53,716 bases of DNA from Candidatus Saganbacteria bacterium (lineage in GTDB: Bacteria; Margulisbacteria; WOR-1; O2-12-FULL-45-9; XYB2-FULL-48-7): positions 1 through 53,716 of the forward strand of contig JAFGHC010000033.1 of the NCBI GenBank assembly GCA_016939335.1, given 5' to 3'. The translations under genes and the position numbers were made by a program. This document shows positions 7,546 to 17,300 of the stretch, one piece after another. Under the pieces are notes generated by a model. That model had not been told where the DNA came from. It saw only the letters and a list, made by a program, of their open reading frames with translations, and made no database searches. Positions within the stretch are counted from its first letter, which is position 1; each line of letters opens with the position of its first letter.

Positions 7546-9878
7546 GAACAGCCACACCGAAGTTTTGCGTGGAGGTCGGCAAATTCGGCTTGATGAGCCA
7601 TCGAACGCCGGTCAGCCGGAGTCCGCTGGTCAAGCTGGCCGACGCCTTTGAGCTGAAGACCCCGCAGCGCCTGGCCCAGGTGCACGCCCTGCGGACCGGA
7701 ACAGCTGAAATGCGTGACAGCGAATCACGGCGACTGGCCGAGATCCTGGCCACGGGCAAAGAGATCACTTATCACGGCAACGGGATAATCGACGATCAAT
7801 TCACCGGGGATTTTGCCGCCGCCGGCCACGTGGCAAGGCTGGACCCGTCCGGGATCGGCTACACATCCTTCAGTATCGGTCCGTCTAACTTGAGAACGCT
7901 CCGGCGGAAGCATGATGAAATCGTTTTTGAAGGCGAGCCGCTCACGCGCGCCCAACTGTGGACGGAGATCGCCGACCGCCTGCGCACCCTGCGGTCGGGC
8001 TACCGCGGCCGGCTCGGCTTTGAGAACGAGGCTTACCAGCCGCGGGTCGCGCACGTGTTCGAGCCGGATTTCCTGACGGAGTTCTTCACCCGTCATCCCG
8101 ACACCCTCTTCCTGCTCGACCTCGCTCACGCCCGCGTCACCGCCAACTCCCTGGTGCTTGACCCGCTCGAATACTTCCGCGCCCTGCCGCTGAATAAGAT
8201 CGGTCATATACATTTGAGTCACCCCGCCTGGCTGATCGGCACCGGCCGGAACGAGCTTGCCTTACTTGACACGCACGAAGCCCCGCGCGAAGAGGACCTC
8301 GGCTACCTCGATCAGGTGCTCAGCCTGATGGGCCGGGTGCCGGAATATCTGACGATCGAATATTTCCGGAACGAGAGCCAGATGGTCGAGGCTTATCAGC
8401 GCGTCCGGCGGTTTTTCGAGCCGGCGCCAGGCAAAAGCCCGCTCGCCCGCGACTTCACCCTGCTGGAATTGAGCCTGCAGGCCGCGGAGGAGCGGATCGC
8501 CGCTCTGGGGCGCTACGACCGCGAACGGATCGCCGCGATCAACCGGGAACATATGACGGCCAAACAAGAAGCGATCTTCCAACGCTTGCTCGAAATTGAG
8601 GATAAACGCGGTCTTGTGACCGATTCTCCCAAAAACGTGGCGCTCCACACCACCAATGTCTTCACGGCGTACATTCAAGCCACGACCGCAACCTATGAGG
8701 ACCTGGCGGCGTCAAAAGATCATCATCAACTGGAAAGGTTATGCCTCTGCCAGGACCGTAAGAGGGTGGAAGCCAATCTGTCGCGGCTGAAAGCCAGCCT
8801 GACCCGCTACGCGCCGTCCATCTGGCATTTGCTCATCAGCCGCCACGACGACGGCAAAGTCATCAGCGCCCCGCTTCATGAACGCGAAACCGGAGCGCTG
8901 GACAGAAAATTCGGACTGCTGGACAAGCCGGCTTTCGCACGGTTAACCGCCAAAGAAAAAATCCTGCTGGCCGAACTGATGGAACACCATACCAATCTCG
9001 GGACCACTTATGTCGGAGATAATTCGATGCTGATCTTTAAAGAGGTCTTTGGCTGCCCGCGCCTGAGAAAGCTGCTGGAAGGGCCGAAAGGCAAGATCGA
9101 CCTTGCGGCGGTCCGAACGCTCCTGGATCTGTGGGCGGCTTTTACCTGCCTCGACGCCAGCGGATTGGGCCCGAAAGGGATGCTGACCAATTCCCGCCTG
9201 GAATACTATTATCAAACGACTGCTGATTTTTACGATGTCTTCGAAAGGAACGCGACCAATTATATTGCTGCGCTGACCGAAATAGAAACTTACGCTCAAG
9301 GCAGTTTCCTGGCGCGCTTGTGCGAGATCATGGTCTCTTTTGATGCCAACGGCGACAGCAAAGTCCTGCCCTGGGAAAAGGACCTTTCCCATTTTAGCTT
9401 CTATCTGCAAAATATTGAGGCCGCCCTGGCCGGGCTGACGACCCGGGGAGAGATCACCGGCGCCGATTGGGAAGAACTGCGGAATACGTTTCACCAGATC
9501 ATTGAATTGCCCTATATCGCGTCCTGGTATAGCATCGCCTGGTCTAACCCCGGGGTAGATAAAAATTCCCCGCAGGCCGACGCCACGCTCTATGACGGCT
9601 TCCTGAAATATTTGATGCTACTTAACAAAGCGGGGCGCGGCTGCCGGGAAATCTGCGTGATCAAAGGCAAAGGCGCAGAGGTCATCCGCTCGGCGGATGC
9701 GCTCGACGACTTTCTGCCGCAGCTCCGCCCGGTGATCGACCGGGCCCGGGGCTTAATCACCGAGACGGGAAAGACCTATTTTGCCGACGGCAGCGGGCGG
9801 GCGATCGGCCGCAGTCCGGTCATGTTCCGGCAGGGAACGACGCTGTTCGTCGACCTGTCGCCGGCCAGGCCGGCCTGA
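7542..9878 (+). CDS. DUF692 (MbnB/TglH-like TIM barrel) domain fused to a C-terminal HD-like domain
   Basis: N-half: LGFENEAY, FLLDLAHARV, LPLNKIGHIHLSH, LLDTH, LTIEY. C-half: SRHDDGK, LHERE, EHH, TCLD. Start is GTG 7542 (GTGA overlap, GGAGAGG RBS) or ATG 7593. Confidence 0.65.
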   Translation: MRTATPKFCVEVGKFGLMSHRTPVSRSPLVKLADAFELKTPQRLAQVHALRTGTAEMRDSESRRLAEILATGKEITYHGNGIIDDQFTGDFAAAGHVARLDPSGIGYTSFSIGPSNLRTLRRKHDEIVFEGEPLTRAQLWTEIADRLRTLRSGYRGRLGFENEAYQPRVAHVFEPDFLTEFFTRHPDTLFLLDLAHARVTANSLVLDPLEYFRALPLNKIGHIHLSHPAWLIGTGRNELALLDTHEAPREEDLGYLDQVLSLMGRVPEYLTIEYFRNESQMVEAYQRVRRFFEPAPGKSPLARDFTLLELSLQAAEERIAALGRYDRERIAAINREHMTAKQEAIFQRLLEIEDKRGLVTDSPKNVALHTTNVFTAYIQATTATYEDLAASKDHHQLERLCLCQDRKRVEANLSRLKASLTRYAPSIWHLLISRHDDGKVISAPLHERETGALDRKFGLLDKPAFARLTAKEKILLAELMEHHTNLGTTYVGDNSMLIFKEVFGCPRLRKLLEGPKGKIDLAAVRTLLDLWAAFTCLDASGLGPKGMLTNSRLEYYYQTTADFYDVFERNATNYIAALTEIETYAQGSFLARLCEIMVSFDANGDSKVLPWEKDLSHFSFYLQNIEAALAGLTTRGEITGADWEELRNTFHQIIELPYIASWYSIAWSNPGVDKNSPQADATLYDGFLKYLMLLNKAGRGCREICVIKGKGAEVIRSADALDDFLPQLRPVIDRARGLITETGKTYFADGSGRAIGRSPVMFRQGTTLFVDLSPARPA

Positions 9879-9900
9879 CCCAAAGTTACGGAAAATAAAC

Positions 9901-9930
9901 TGAAATTTTACAAACGGACCGTTGATAATA
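9901..9930 (+). promoter_or_regulatory. Sigma28-like promoter, copy 5
   Basis: TGAAATTT-TACAAACGGACCGT-TGATAATA (C to T variant). Confidence 0.7.
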
Positions 9931-9961
9931 AGGCGGAACCGGAAACGGCCAAGAAAGGGGA

Positions 9962-11257
9962 ATGATCTTTATGGCAGGGACAGCAATGATCATGGCGGGG
10001 GGCTTTGGGGAAAGGATGCTACCGCTGACCACCCACATACCCAAACCGCTCCTGCCGCTCTGCAACAAGGCCCCGATCGTCCAAGCCATCGAACAGATCC
10101 ACACCAGCGCCGGCGTCAACCGCTTTTACGTTAAAATACACCATCTGGCGGGAATGGTCCAGTCCAGCCTCGGCTACGGCAACCAGTTCGGCGAAGACGT
10201 CCGCATCAACTATCTGGTCGAAAATCCCCAGCTCTACACGGCGGGCGGGGTCAGGCGGATGTTCCATGATTTCAAATTGCCGGCCGATCGTCCTTTCTGG
10301 GTCTTGAGCGGCGATATTTTCAGCCCGGAGACCGACCTGGGAGAGATGGCCGAAGCCCACGCACGGGCCTGCAAGTCCAACCCGAAAATCCTGGGGACCA
10401 TCTCATTGAAGCTGCTGCCCGTTGACGACGTGGTCGGGCGGTTCGGGGTGGCCGTGGTCAACAAAGACGGGCTGATAACCGAATTCACCGAAAAACCGAA
10501 GGACAGCATGGATGCCGGGGGAAATCTCATTTCCGGCCGAGAGAAAGCGCTGAAGATTCTCGAACGGATCGAAAATGAAGAGATCAGGCGGCTTAACGAT
10601 GAGGCCAAAACCCCTCTCCTGCCGGTCAACGCTTCACATTATCTGTTCCAGGGCGGCCTGTTCGATCAGGTCGAACAAACCAGGGACGATACGCAGTGGG
10701 ACTTTGGCTCTCATGTTTTTCCGCTGATCCTGGGCCGGCTGAACTCATATTTGTTAAAAGCGCCGTGGAGCGATGTCGGTTATCCGGAAGACTACTGGCG
10801 GGCGCAATGGTATTTCATGCGGGTGGCCAACAGTTCGCTGGCCGGCCAGTTCATCAAGAATTGGGGGCACATCGGACAGGGCGGCAATCGCGACGAGCAC
10901 ACCAACCAGAACATGAGGAATGTGGTGATCGGCAACAATGTCCGGCTGGAAAATTGCAATTTGGACCACGCCGTGATCGGCGAAGGATGTCATCTGAAGA
11001 ATGTGACGGTCAAGGGGAGCGTCCTCCTGCCTTATACTTATGTTAATTTGCGCGGCCAGCAGCCGGTCGGACTGATCGAGAACAGCGTGGTCGGCGGCCG
11101 GTTGTTCGGCGGAACTTTCATCGATCGCCTCTCGATGCCGCCGACGGCCGACGGCATCAGCCGCCAGCTGGCGGTCCCCGACCGCAACGGGCAAATAACG
11201 ATCCAAAGCCTTAACGTCGACGACAAAGACATTAGCGATGCTATGAGAGTCGCCTGA
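9962..11257 (+). CDS. Sugar-1-phosphate nucleotidyltransferase with C-terminal left-handed beta-helix (M1P guanylyltransferase/GlgC-like)
   Basis: MIMAGGFGERMLPLTTHIPKP, TAGG, SGD, FGVA, FTEKP, DFG, WSDVG, hexapeptide repeats. Start may be 9971. Confidence 0.88.
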   Translation: MIFMAGTAMIMAGGFGERMLPLTTHIPKPLLPLCNKAPIVQAIEQIHTSAGVNRFYVKIHHLAGMVQSSLGYGNQFGEDVRINYLVENPQLYTAGGVRRMFHDFKLPADRPFWVLSGDIFSPETDLGEMAEAHARACKSNPKILGTISLKLLPVDDVVGRFGVAVVNKDGLITEFTEKPKDSMDAGGNLISGREKALKILERIENEEIRRLNDEAKTPLLPVNASHYLFQGGLFDQVEQTRDDTQWDFGSHVFPLILGRLNSYLLKAPWSDVGYPEDYWRAQWYFMRVANSSLAGQFIKNWGHIGQGGNRDEHTNQNMRNVVIGNNVRLENCNLDHAVIGEGCHLKNVTVKGSVLLPYTYVNLRGQQPVGLIENSVVGGRLFGGTFIDRLSMPPTADGISRQLAVPDRNGQITIQSLNVDDKDISDAMRVA

Positions 11258-11293
11258 CCGGCCGCCCCCCCCCAAAAAAAAATTTGGCTAAAG

Positions 11294-11323
11294 TGAAATT
11301 TCTGCCATTTCCTGCCGAAATAG
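11294..11323 (+). promoter_or_regulatory. Sigma28-like promoter, copy 6
   Basis: TGAAATTT-CTGCCATTTCCTGC-CGAAATAG. Confidence 0.75.
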
Positions 11324-11374
11324 TATTAGGAGTGATAATGTTATCAATCGGACTAAGAAGGGAGAGCCAGTAAT

Positions 11375-12856
11375 ATGCCGAGCGCTATATTACCATCCAG
11401 GTGCGCGATCATGATGGCGCAGGGGTCCGCCACCCGTCTCTCGCCGGGGACCTGGTATAGAACCAAGGCCGTCTGGCCGATGGTCGGGACGCCGATGATC
11501 AGAAGGATCACCGATCACCTGTATCGGCCGCAGGGCTTCACCGACATCGCCATCAAGACCGCTCTCTTCCAGGGGCAGATCAAACAGCAATTTGATCGTG
11601 CCATTACTCCTATTCCGGAGGGAATGAAAGTGGAATTCTGTCTAGGCGAAGAAACCGACAATTATCTCAAGAAGACCAATACAGCGGCCGGCGCCCTGCT
11701 GGCCTATAAACAGCGCTGGAATATCTCCAGCATGGCTTCACTGGCCGGCGTTCCGAACAGTTCGGCTTTGCGCGACATCGCCGGGATCAAATATAAAGAA
11801 CTAAAAGCCAAGTTGAAAAAGGGGCCTTTGTCCGACGCTGATAGAAAGGAGCTGGATACTTTGGTGAAAGCGGCCGCCGACTTTGTATGCACGATCAAGC
11901 CGCTTCATCCCAGCAACGCTGCCGCCAAACCATTTCTGGTAACTGGCGTTGATGCCCTGACCACGGCCGATGTTGACGCCCTGGCCGCCTTCTACCTGGA
12001 TAAGAGCAGCAAGCCGCATCATGCGGAGGCCCTGGGCGCCATCCTGATCAAAGAATTCCCGCGCGGCGCTCAAGAGGCAGTGACGAATTACGGAGTCGTC
12101 CTGATGAAAGACCCCGTCGTCACCGGTTTCGAAGAAAAGTCAGACAGGCCGAAAGCTCACCACACGCCTCTTAATGACGGGACGACCAAAGTGTCCTTCC
12201 TGGTCAACCCCCAGCTTTATTATTTTGATCCGGCCGTGCTGGCGGTCGTCGAACTGCTGGAGAATAACGGCGAGACCACCGGCTTCAGCCCGGACTGGGG
12301 CAACGACATCCTGCCGATCCTGGCCAAATCGGGCCAGTTGCTTGGGAAGATCATGGGCGAGAATGAATACTGGAATGACGTTGGCGATTACGGGACCTTC
12401 CTGGATACCACGCAGGATATACTGAGAGGCAGTGTTAAAATCCCGATCAATGGGACACTCTGGGGGAAAGGTGGCGGCTGGAACGCGGGAGCGAACCTGG
12501 AGGGGGACCCTTGTTTCGAGGGAAATCTTTATCTGGGGCCGGGCGCCAAGATCGCCCGTACCGCACAGATCAAAAACTCGGTGATCGAAGCGGGAGCCGA
12601 GGTCGCCGGGCAGGTCGAGGGAAGCGTGATCTTTGGCGCCGCGGTGATCCCGCCCCAAGCGAAGATAATCAACAGCATTGTCCACGAAGGGGTAATTCTG
12701 CCTCCCGTACCGCTGAAAGTCGAAAATCAGGTCCTGATTGCGCACGATGAAATAATTTTAAGCACTGACATACCTTATGATTATGATGGGGGGATCAAAA
12801 GACCGAAGAACGCCAAACCGGGAGCGCCGGTCAGGGCAAATTTCCCAAACATCTAA
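11375..12856 (+). CDS. Divergent sugar-phosphate nucleotidyltransferase with beta-helix tail
   Basis: MMAQGSATRL...TK, YGVV, FEEK, DWG, YWNDVG, hexapeptide repeats, plus a ~70-aa internal insertion. Confidence 0.78.
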   Translation: MPSAILPSRCAIMMAQGSATRLSPGTWYRTKAVWPMVGTPMIRRITDHLYRPQGFTDIAIKTALFQGQIKQQFDRAITPIPEGMKVEFCLGEETDNYLKKTNTAAGALLAYKQRWNISSMASLAGVPNSSALRDIAGIKYKELKAKLKKGPLSDADRKELDTLVKAAADFVCTIKPLHPSNAAAKPFLVTGVDALTTADVDALAAFYLDKSSKPHHAEALGAILIKEFPRGAQEAVTNYGVVLMKDPVVTGFEEKSDRPKAHHTPLNDGTTKVSFLVNPQLYYFDPAVLAVVELLENNGETTGFSPDWGNDILPILAKSGQLLGKIMGENEYWNDVGDYGTFLDTTQDILRGSVKIPINGTLWGKGGGWNAGANLEGDPCFEGNLYLGPGAKIARTAQIKNSVIEAGAEVAGQVEGSVIFGAAVIPPQAKIINSIVHEGVILPPVPLKVENQVLIAHDEIILSTDIPYDYDGGIKRPKNAKPGAPVRANFPNI

Positions 12857-12878
12857 AAATGAAAAGGGGGGATAAAAC

Positions 12879-14225
12879 ATGTCCGGTATGAGGGTCCCGG
12901 CAACAATAAATCAAGCGATCGTGATGGCCGCGGGCAAGGGGCCGAGGATGGGCATGCTTTCTTCCTTCGCCCTGCGTGATCATGAAGGCAATATGTCGCC
13001 CTGTACCCTTCCGATCGGCGGCCGCCGGATCATCAACCGGGTCATCGACCAGGCGGCCCATGCCAACGTAAACAATATTTCCGTCGTCAGCCACCACCTG
13101 GCCGGCGACGTCATTGCCGGCATCGGCCATGGCCATATCTTTGATAACAGCGAGAAACTGGTGATCCGCCACGTCGTCACTCCCAAATTTTATACATACA
13201 AATTAAGCATCGTGGAGGCTTTACGGCTCAACCCTTTTCCCGCAGACGAGCCGTTCTGGCTGCTGGGCGGCACGGCGCTGCATCCCCGCGCCGACCTGGA
13301 CGCCATGCGGGACGCGTTCGCCACTGCCCTGGCCAAAAATCAAAACCTGCTGGGCTGTCTCGGATTCGTGTTAAGGCCGGCGCACAAAGCCCTGGGCCGG
13401 TTCGGGATCGCGGTGCTGGATAAGCACAATTACGTCACGAAATTCATCGAAAAACCGGCCAACGAATCGGTCATCCGGGAAACGGTTGCGCTAAGCAAAA
13501 ATGCCGGGAACGAAACTGTCAATACGGCCTCAGAAAAATACGGCGACGCGCTGCTGCCCGTTTTTACTTCTTACGCTCTGATGTTTCTCGATGCTTTCGA
13601 ACAGACGGAAGGCGACAGCGACCATTCCTTTGGCGGAGAGATCTTCGCGCACCTGCCTTCTTCTCTCATCTATGGGCATATCATGCCAGAGCAGATCATG
13701 GGAAGAAAAATAAATGAAGAATTCTTTCACCTGGCCACGCCGCGCGATTACTGGCTGGCCCAGTGGCGGTTTCTGCGCGTGGCCATCAATCAGGTGCGCG
13801 GAATCTTCGACCAGTCAATCAATTCCTGGGTCGGCCGGGATGTCGTAATCCGTTCCGGCGCGCAGGTCACGAATTCCGTGATCGGCGACCGCGTTTATAT
13901 CGGGCCCGGCGCGGTGCTGAATGGCGCGATCGTCGGCACAGGCTCAAAAGTTTTGAGCACCGAAATCATCGATTCGGTCCTTTTGCCCTATACCTACGTT
14001 AACGATACCCTTTACACCACCAGGGTGAAAGCGATCACCGCCAGCGTGGCCGGCGGCCGGACCACCGGCGGCACGTTCATCGACGGCTATACGCTGAACG
14101 GGATGGACTCTCTGGACAACATGTTCGCGGTTCCGGCCAAAGACACGCTGATCAAGCCGACCCCCCTTGGCTTGAGCGACGCTGACCTGGCCGAAGCCGA
14201 GGAAGTAAAGAAGGACGTCTTTTAA
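12879..14225 (+). CDS. Divergent sugar-phosphate nucleotidyltransferase, close paralog of 9962-11257, possibly catalytically impaired
   Basis: VMAAGKGPRM, PC instead of PK, FGIA, FIEKP. Shares DYW.AQW.F.RVA, SVLLPYTYVN and GGTFID with the 9962 protein. Confidence 0.78.
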   Translation: MSGMRVPATINQAIVMAAGKGPRMGMLSSFALRDHEGNMSPCTLPIGGRRIINRVIDQAAHANVNNISVVSHHLAGDVIAGIGHGHIFDNSEKLVIRHVVTPKFYTYKLSIVEALRLNPFPADEPFWLLGGTALHPRADLDAMRDAFATALAKNQNLLGCLGFVLRPAHKALGRFGIAVLDKHNYVTKFIEKPANESVIRETVALSKNAGNETVNTASEKYGDALLPVFTSYALMFLDAFEQTEGDSDHSFGGEIFAHLPSSLIYGHIMPEQIMGRKINEEFFHLATPRDYWLAQWRFLRVAINQVRGIFDQSINSWVGRDVVIRSGAQVTNSVIGDRVYIGPGAVLNGAIVGTGSKVLSTEIIDSVLLPYTYVNDTLYTTRVKAITASVAGGRTTGGTFIDGYTLNGMDSLDNMFAVPAKDTLIKPTPLGLSDADLAEAEEVKKDVF

Positions 14226-14258
14226 GTCCCCCCGTTTTCCGACGAGAAAATCCGGTCC

Positions 14259-14290
14259 GCCGCCCCGGCAGAAGGGCGGCCTCCCTTTCC
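14259..14290 (+). terminator. Possible weak intrinsic terminator
   Basis: GCCGCCC-cggcagaa-GGGCGGC followed by ctcccttt; U-tract is poor. Confidence 0.35.
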
Positions 14291-14311
14291 CCGGGAATTC
14301 CACTAAAACCC

Positions 14312-14341
14312 TGAAATTTCTCCCCATTTTTGTCGATATAT
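14312..14341 (+). promoter_or_regulatory. Sigma28-like promoter, copy 7
   Basis: TGAAATTT-CTCCCCATTTTTGT-CGATATAT. Confidence 0.85.
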
Positions 14342-14383
14342 ATACGGAAGGGATGGTGAGCAAGATTCCCGAGAGGAAAATAT

Positions 14384-17300
14384 ATGGTTTACCGGTTAAA
14401 CAACGATCACAGATTATTTGATCTCCCGCGGCTGGCCGGGCCGCTTTGCCCGCCGCCCAACCGCGCCAGGTTGACCGCCGGGCAAAACATATTTTCGCGG
14501 CCGATCACGGCGGGCCCCATGCGGCCGCCGATCGTTCTGGTCGCTCCGGAAAGCCTGCTCCCCGCCGAGCGTCAACTGTCTCCGGCAATTATGCCCGCCC
14601 GGATCAGCTACCGGCCCAAACCCCGCCCGATCATGAAACTGGCGGCCGCAGCCGCCGGGGGCGCCGCGCTTCTGCTCCTCCCCGCCACCGCTCTCGCCGG
14701 CACCGGCCTGTTCGCTGCCACCGCTTCGCTCTTTGCCAGCATGGGACCGGCCGGCTGGATCGGCGCGGCGGCCGGCGCCTACCTGACCGGCAAACTGCTG
14801 ATCGGCAAATACCGCGAGGTCCAGCCGGCCAATTACCGGTCGAAGAACATGAAGCTCAACGTCGGCAATCCGACCCTGCGCAAACTGTTCAAGACCCTGG
14901 TCCTGCCGGCCTGGGGCGCCACGATGATTTTCGGCGGTCTGCTCTCTTACGCGCAGGTGATCGAAGGCGGGATCGGCATCTTTTCTTTGGGCCTCTGCGG
15001 CCTGGTGGCGGCCAAGCCGCTGATCACGATGCTTTTCCGCGCCGGCCGCGACATCAAGCAGGCGATCGAGTTCTGGAGAAGGGGTGTCCAGCGCCACCTG
15101 CCGAAACACAGCCTGATCGCCGAACTGGCAACTGATCTTATGGGCGCTCCCGCCTGGCTCGCTACCGTGGCTGTCGAAGTCCTCTTGGGCAAAACTTATG
15201 CCACGCAGACGATCGCGATGCTGCTCGATCTCCCGGGCCAACTGGTCGCCACCGTCACTTCGCTCGCCGGCTGGCTGCACATGGCTGAATACGTGCTGGC
15301 GGCCGGCGTGATCGTCGGCGCCGCCCGCTACCTTTACGGCTGGACCAAAGCCGTATTAGCCAAATTCCCCGACGAACTCCCGGCGCGCGCAACTTCTTCT
15401 CTCCGGTGGGGGGCGTGCGGCGCGCTCGCCGGCGCCGCGATCTTCCTGCTTAACCCGGGCCAGGTGGTCGCTAATCTTATAACCTTCGCCGTCACCCTCG
15501 CTTTCTCGCACATCACGATCCACTCGCTCCTCTCCCAGGAGGGCGGCATCAGGCAGGCGGCCAAGAAACAGCCGGTTTTCGATCTTGAGTCGCTCATCGC
15601 CGACGTGCGCGGCGCACGGGGAGCGACCCGCACGGTCTTAAGGCCGGCCATGGGTGACAGTATGATAGATTCTTGGATCTCGGGTTATCTCATGATGATC
15701 ATGTCCGAAGGCGCCAACTGGGTGCTTAAAGGGGTCGATGGAACAACTAACACAACCACCATCCTGCAGAAATCCCAGGAGATGATCGAACGCCTGCTCA
15801 AACGGGATGGGGCGATCATCAGGAAGATTATCAAAGACGGCTATACCAGCGTGAAAGCGGCCGCTTCGGCCCGGGAATCGGAAGACCGGCTGGCGGAAGT
15901 TTTTGACAATCTCGCCCGCCTGCTTGAAGACCCAACTTATCCGGAAGCTGGCGGCCATCCGCTCGCCTGGGGCGATCTGAAGACCCGGTCAGGCCTCTCA
16001 TACCTGAAAGACGGCGTTTTCTGCGCCGGGATGCCCGACGGCTCCGCTCCGAACGGGCGCGGCGACCAGGACGTGCGCGTGCACGGCGAACATATCCGCT
16101 TCACCGCCCGGATCTTCCGGGAAAAGGCCCGCCGGCTGCGCGCCCATCAGGTCAAGAACGCATCGCTCAAATCACAGCAGGGCAAAGACATCGACAAGCT
16201 GGAAGCGGCTTACCGGCGGGCCCATCCGCTGATCGATTCCCATCCCCGCTGTTTCTGGACGACCTTCTGGACCACATCGATGCCCGACCCTAACAACGTC
16301 AAGCAGTCGGGAGTCGACGAATTCCTGCAGATGCAGGCCGATTTCGTCGGCGTCTTTGATGTGGTGGTGATGACGGCCGACGGGCGGATACACGATTGGC
16401 CGGTCCCGCTGACGGTGGTCAAGGACTTCAAGCCGGACCACAAAAGCCTCCGGGCGCTCGACAGCCGCGAAGAGCTGGACGAGTACCTCTGCGTCGGCTG
16501 GTACCAGCGGGCGGTCCACGACATCGGCAATTCGCTCTGCCCGATCGCTTATATCGACAACTCGGCGCATTACAACAAATACAAACGCTTGCACGACAGC
16601 GGCGTGATCACCGACGGGGAGTTCCTCCATCTCTATCCCACCGCTGAGGTCACCCGGGTGCCGACCCTGAAAAGCGAGCCGCAGCTCGACGAGTATGGCG
16701 GGCAAGGTCTCTTTGAAGAGCAGGAATTCTACGATGTCGTCTACAAGAACGGCGCCCGCCTGCGGGTCTTCGCCGACGGCAGCCATAAGACTATCGGCGC
16801 AACAAGTTGCCCGCTGCCGCCCGACGCCCCCGCCCTGCTGATGCTGCCGGGAACGGAACGCCATAATTTTGTCGCGCGAACGCTGCGGGCCAATCGCGAC
16901 GGCGACATTTTCCGCGGTATCGCGCTGAACGGCGAGATCAGGAATTGCCTGGCCGACGGGACGGTCCCTCATCCGTTCGGCGGCAATTTTACCGACAACA
17001 AATACCTGATGCCGCGCTGGCACTTCATGTACCCGACCGAATATTTCAGCATCAGCGACGCCGACCAGACCGACATCATCGTCAGCAATCTGCGGCTCTT
17101 CCACACCCGCAAGGCCCCCCACCTGCGGGTCATGTTCACGCGGCCGCGGCGGGAAGAGCTCCCCTTCTCCGCCGACATGCTGGAAAAGCCGGAGGACTCG
17201 CTCCTCGAGGTCGGGATCGCCACCGGCTGGATGACGCTCAAGATCAAGCTGACGGAGAAAAACGCGGCGGGCAAGAACAAGATGCTCTACGTCCCGCTCA

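Noticed and set aside
7558..7590. CGAAGTTT...GTCGGCAAAT as a promoter copy
   Set aside because: Both boxes mismatch and the spacing is wrong.
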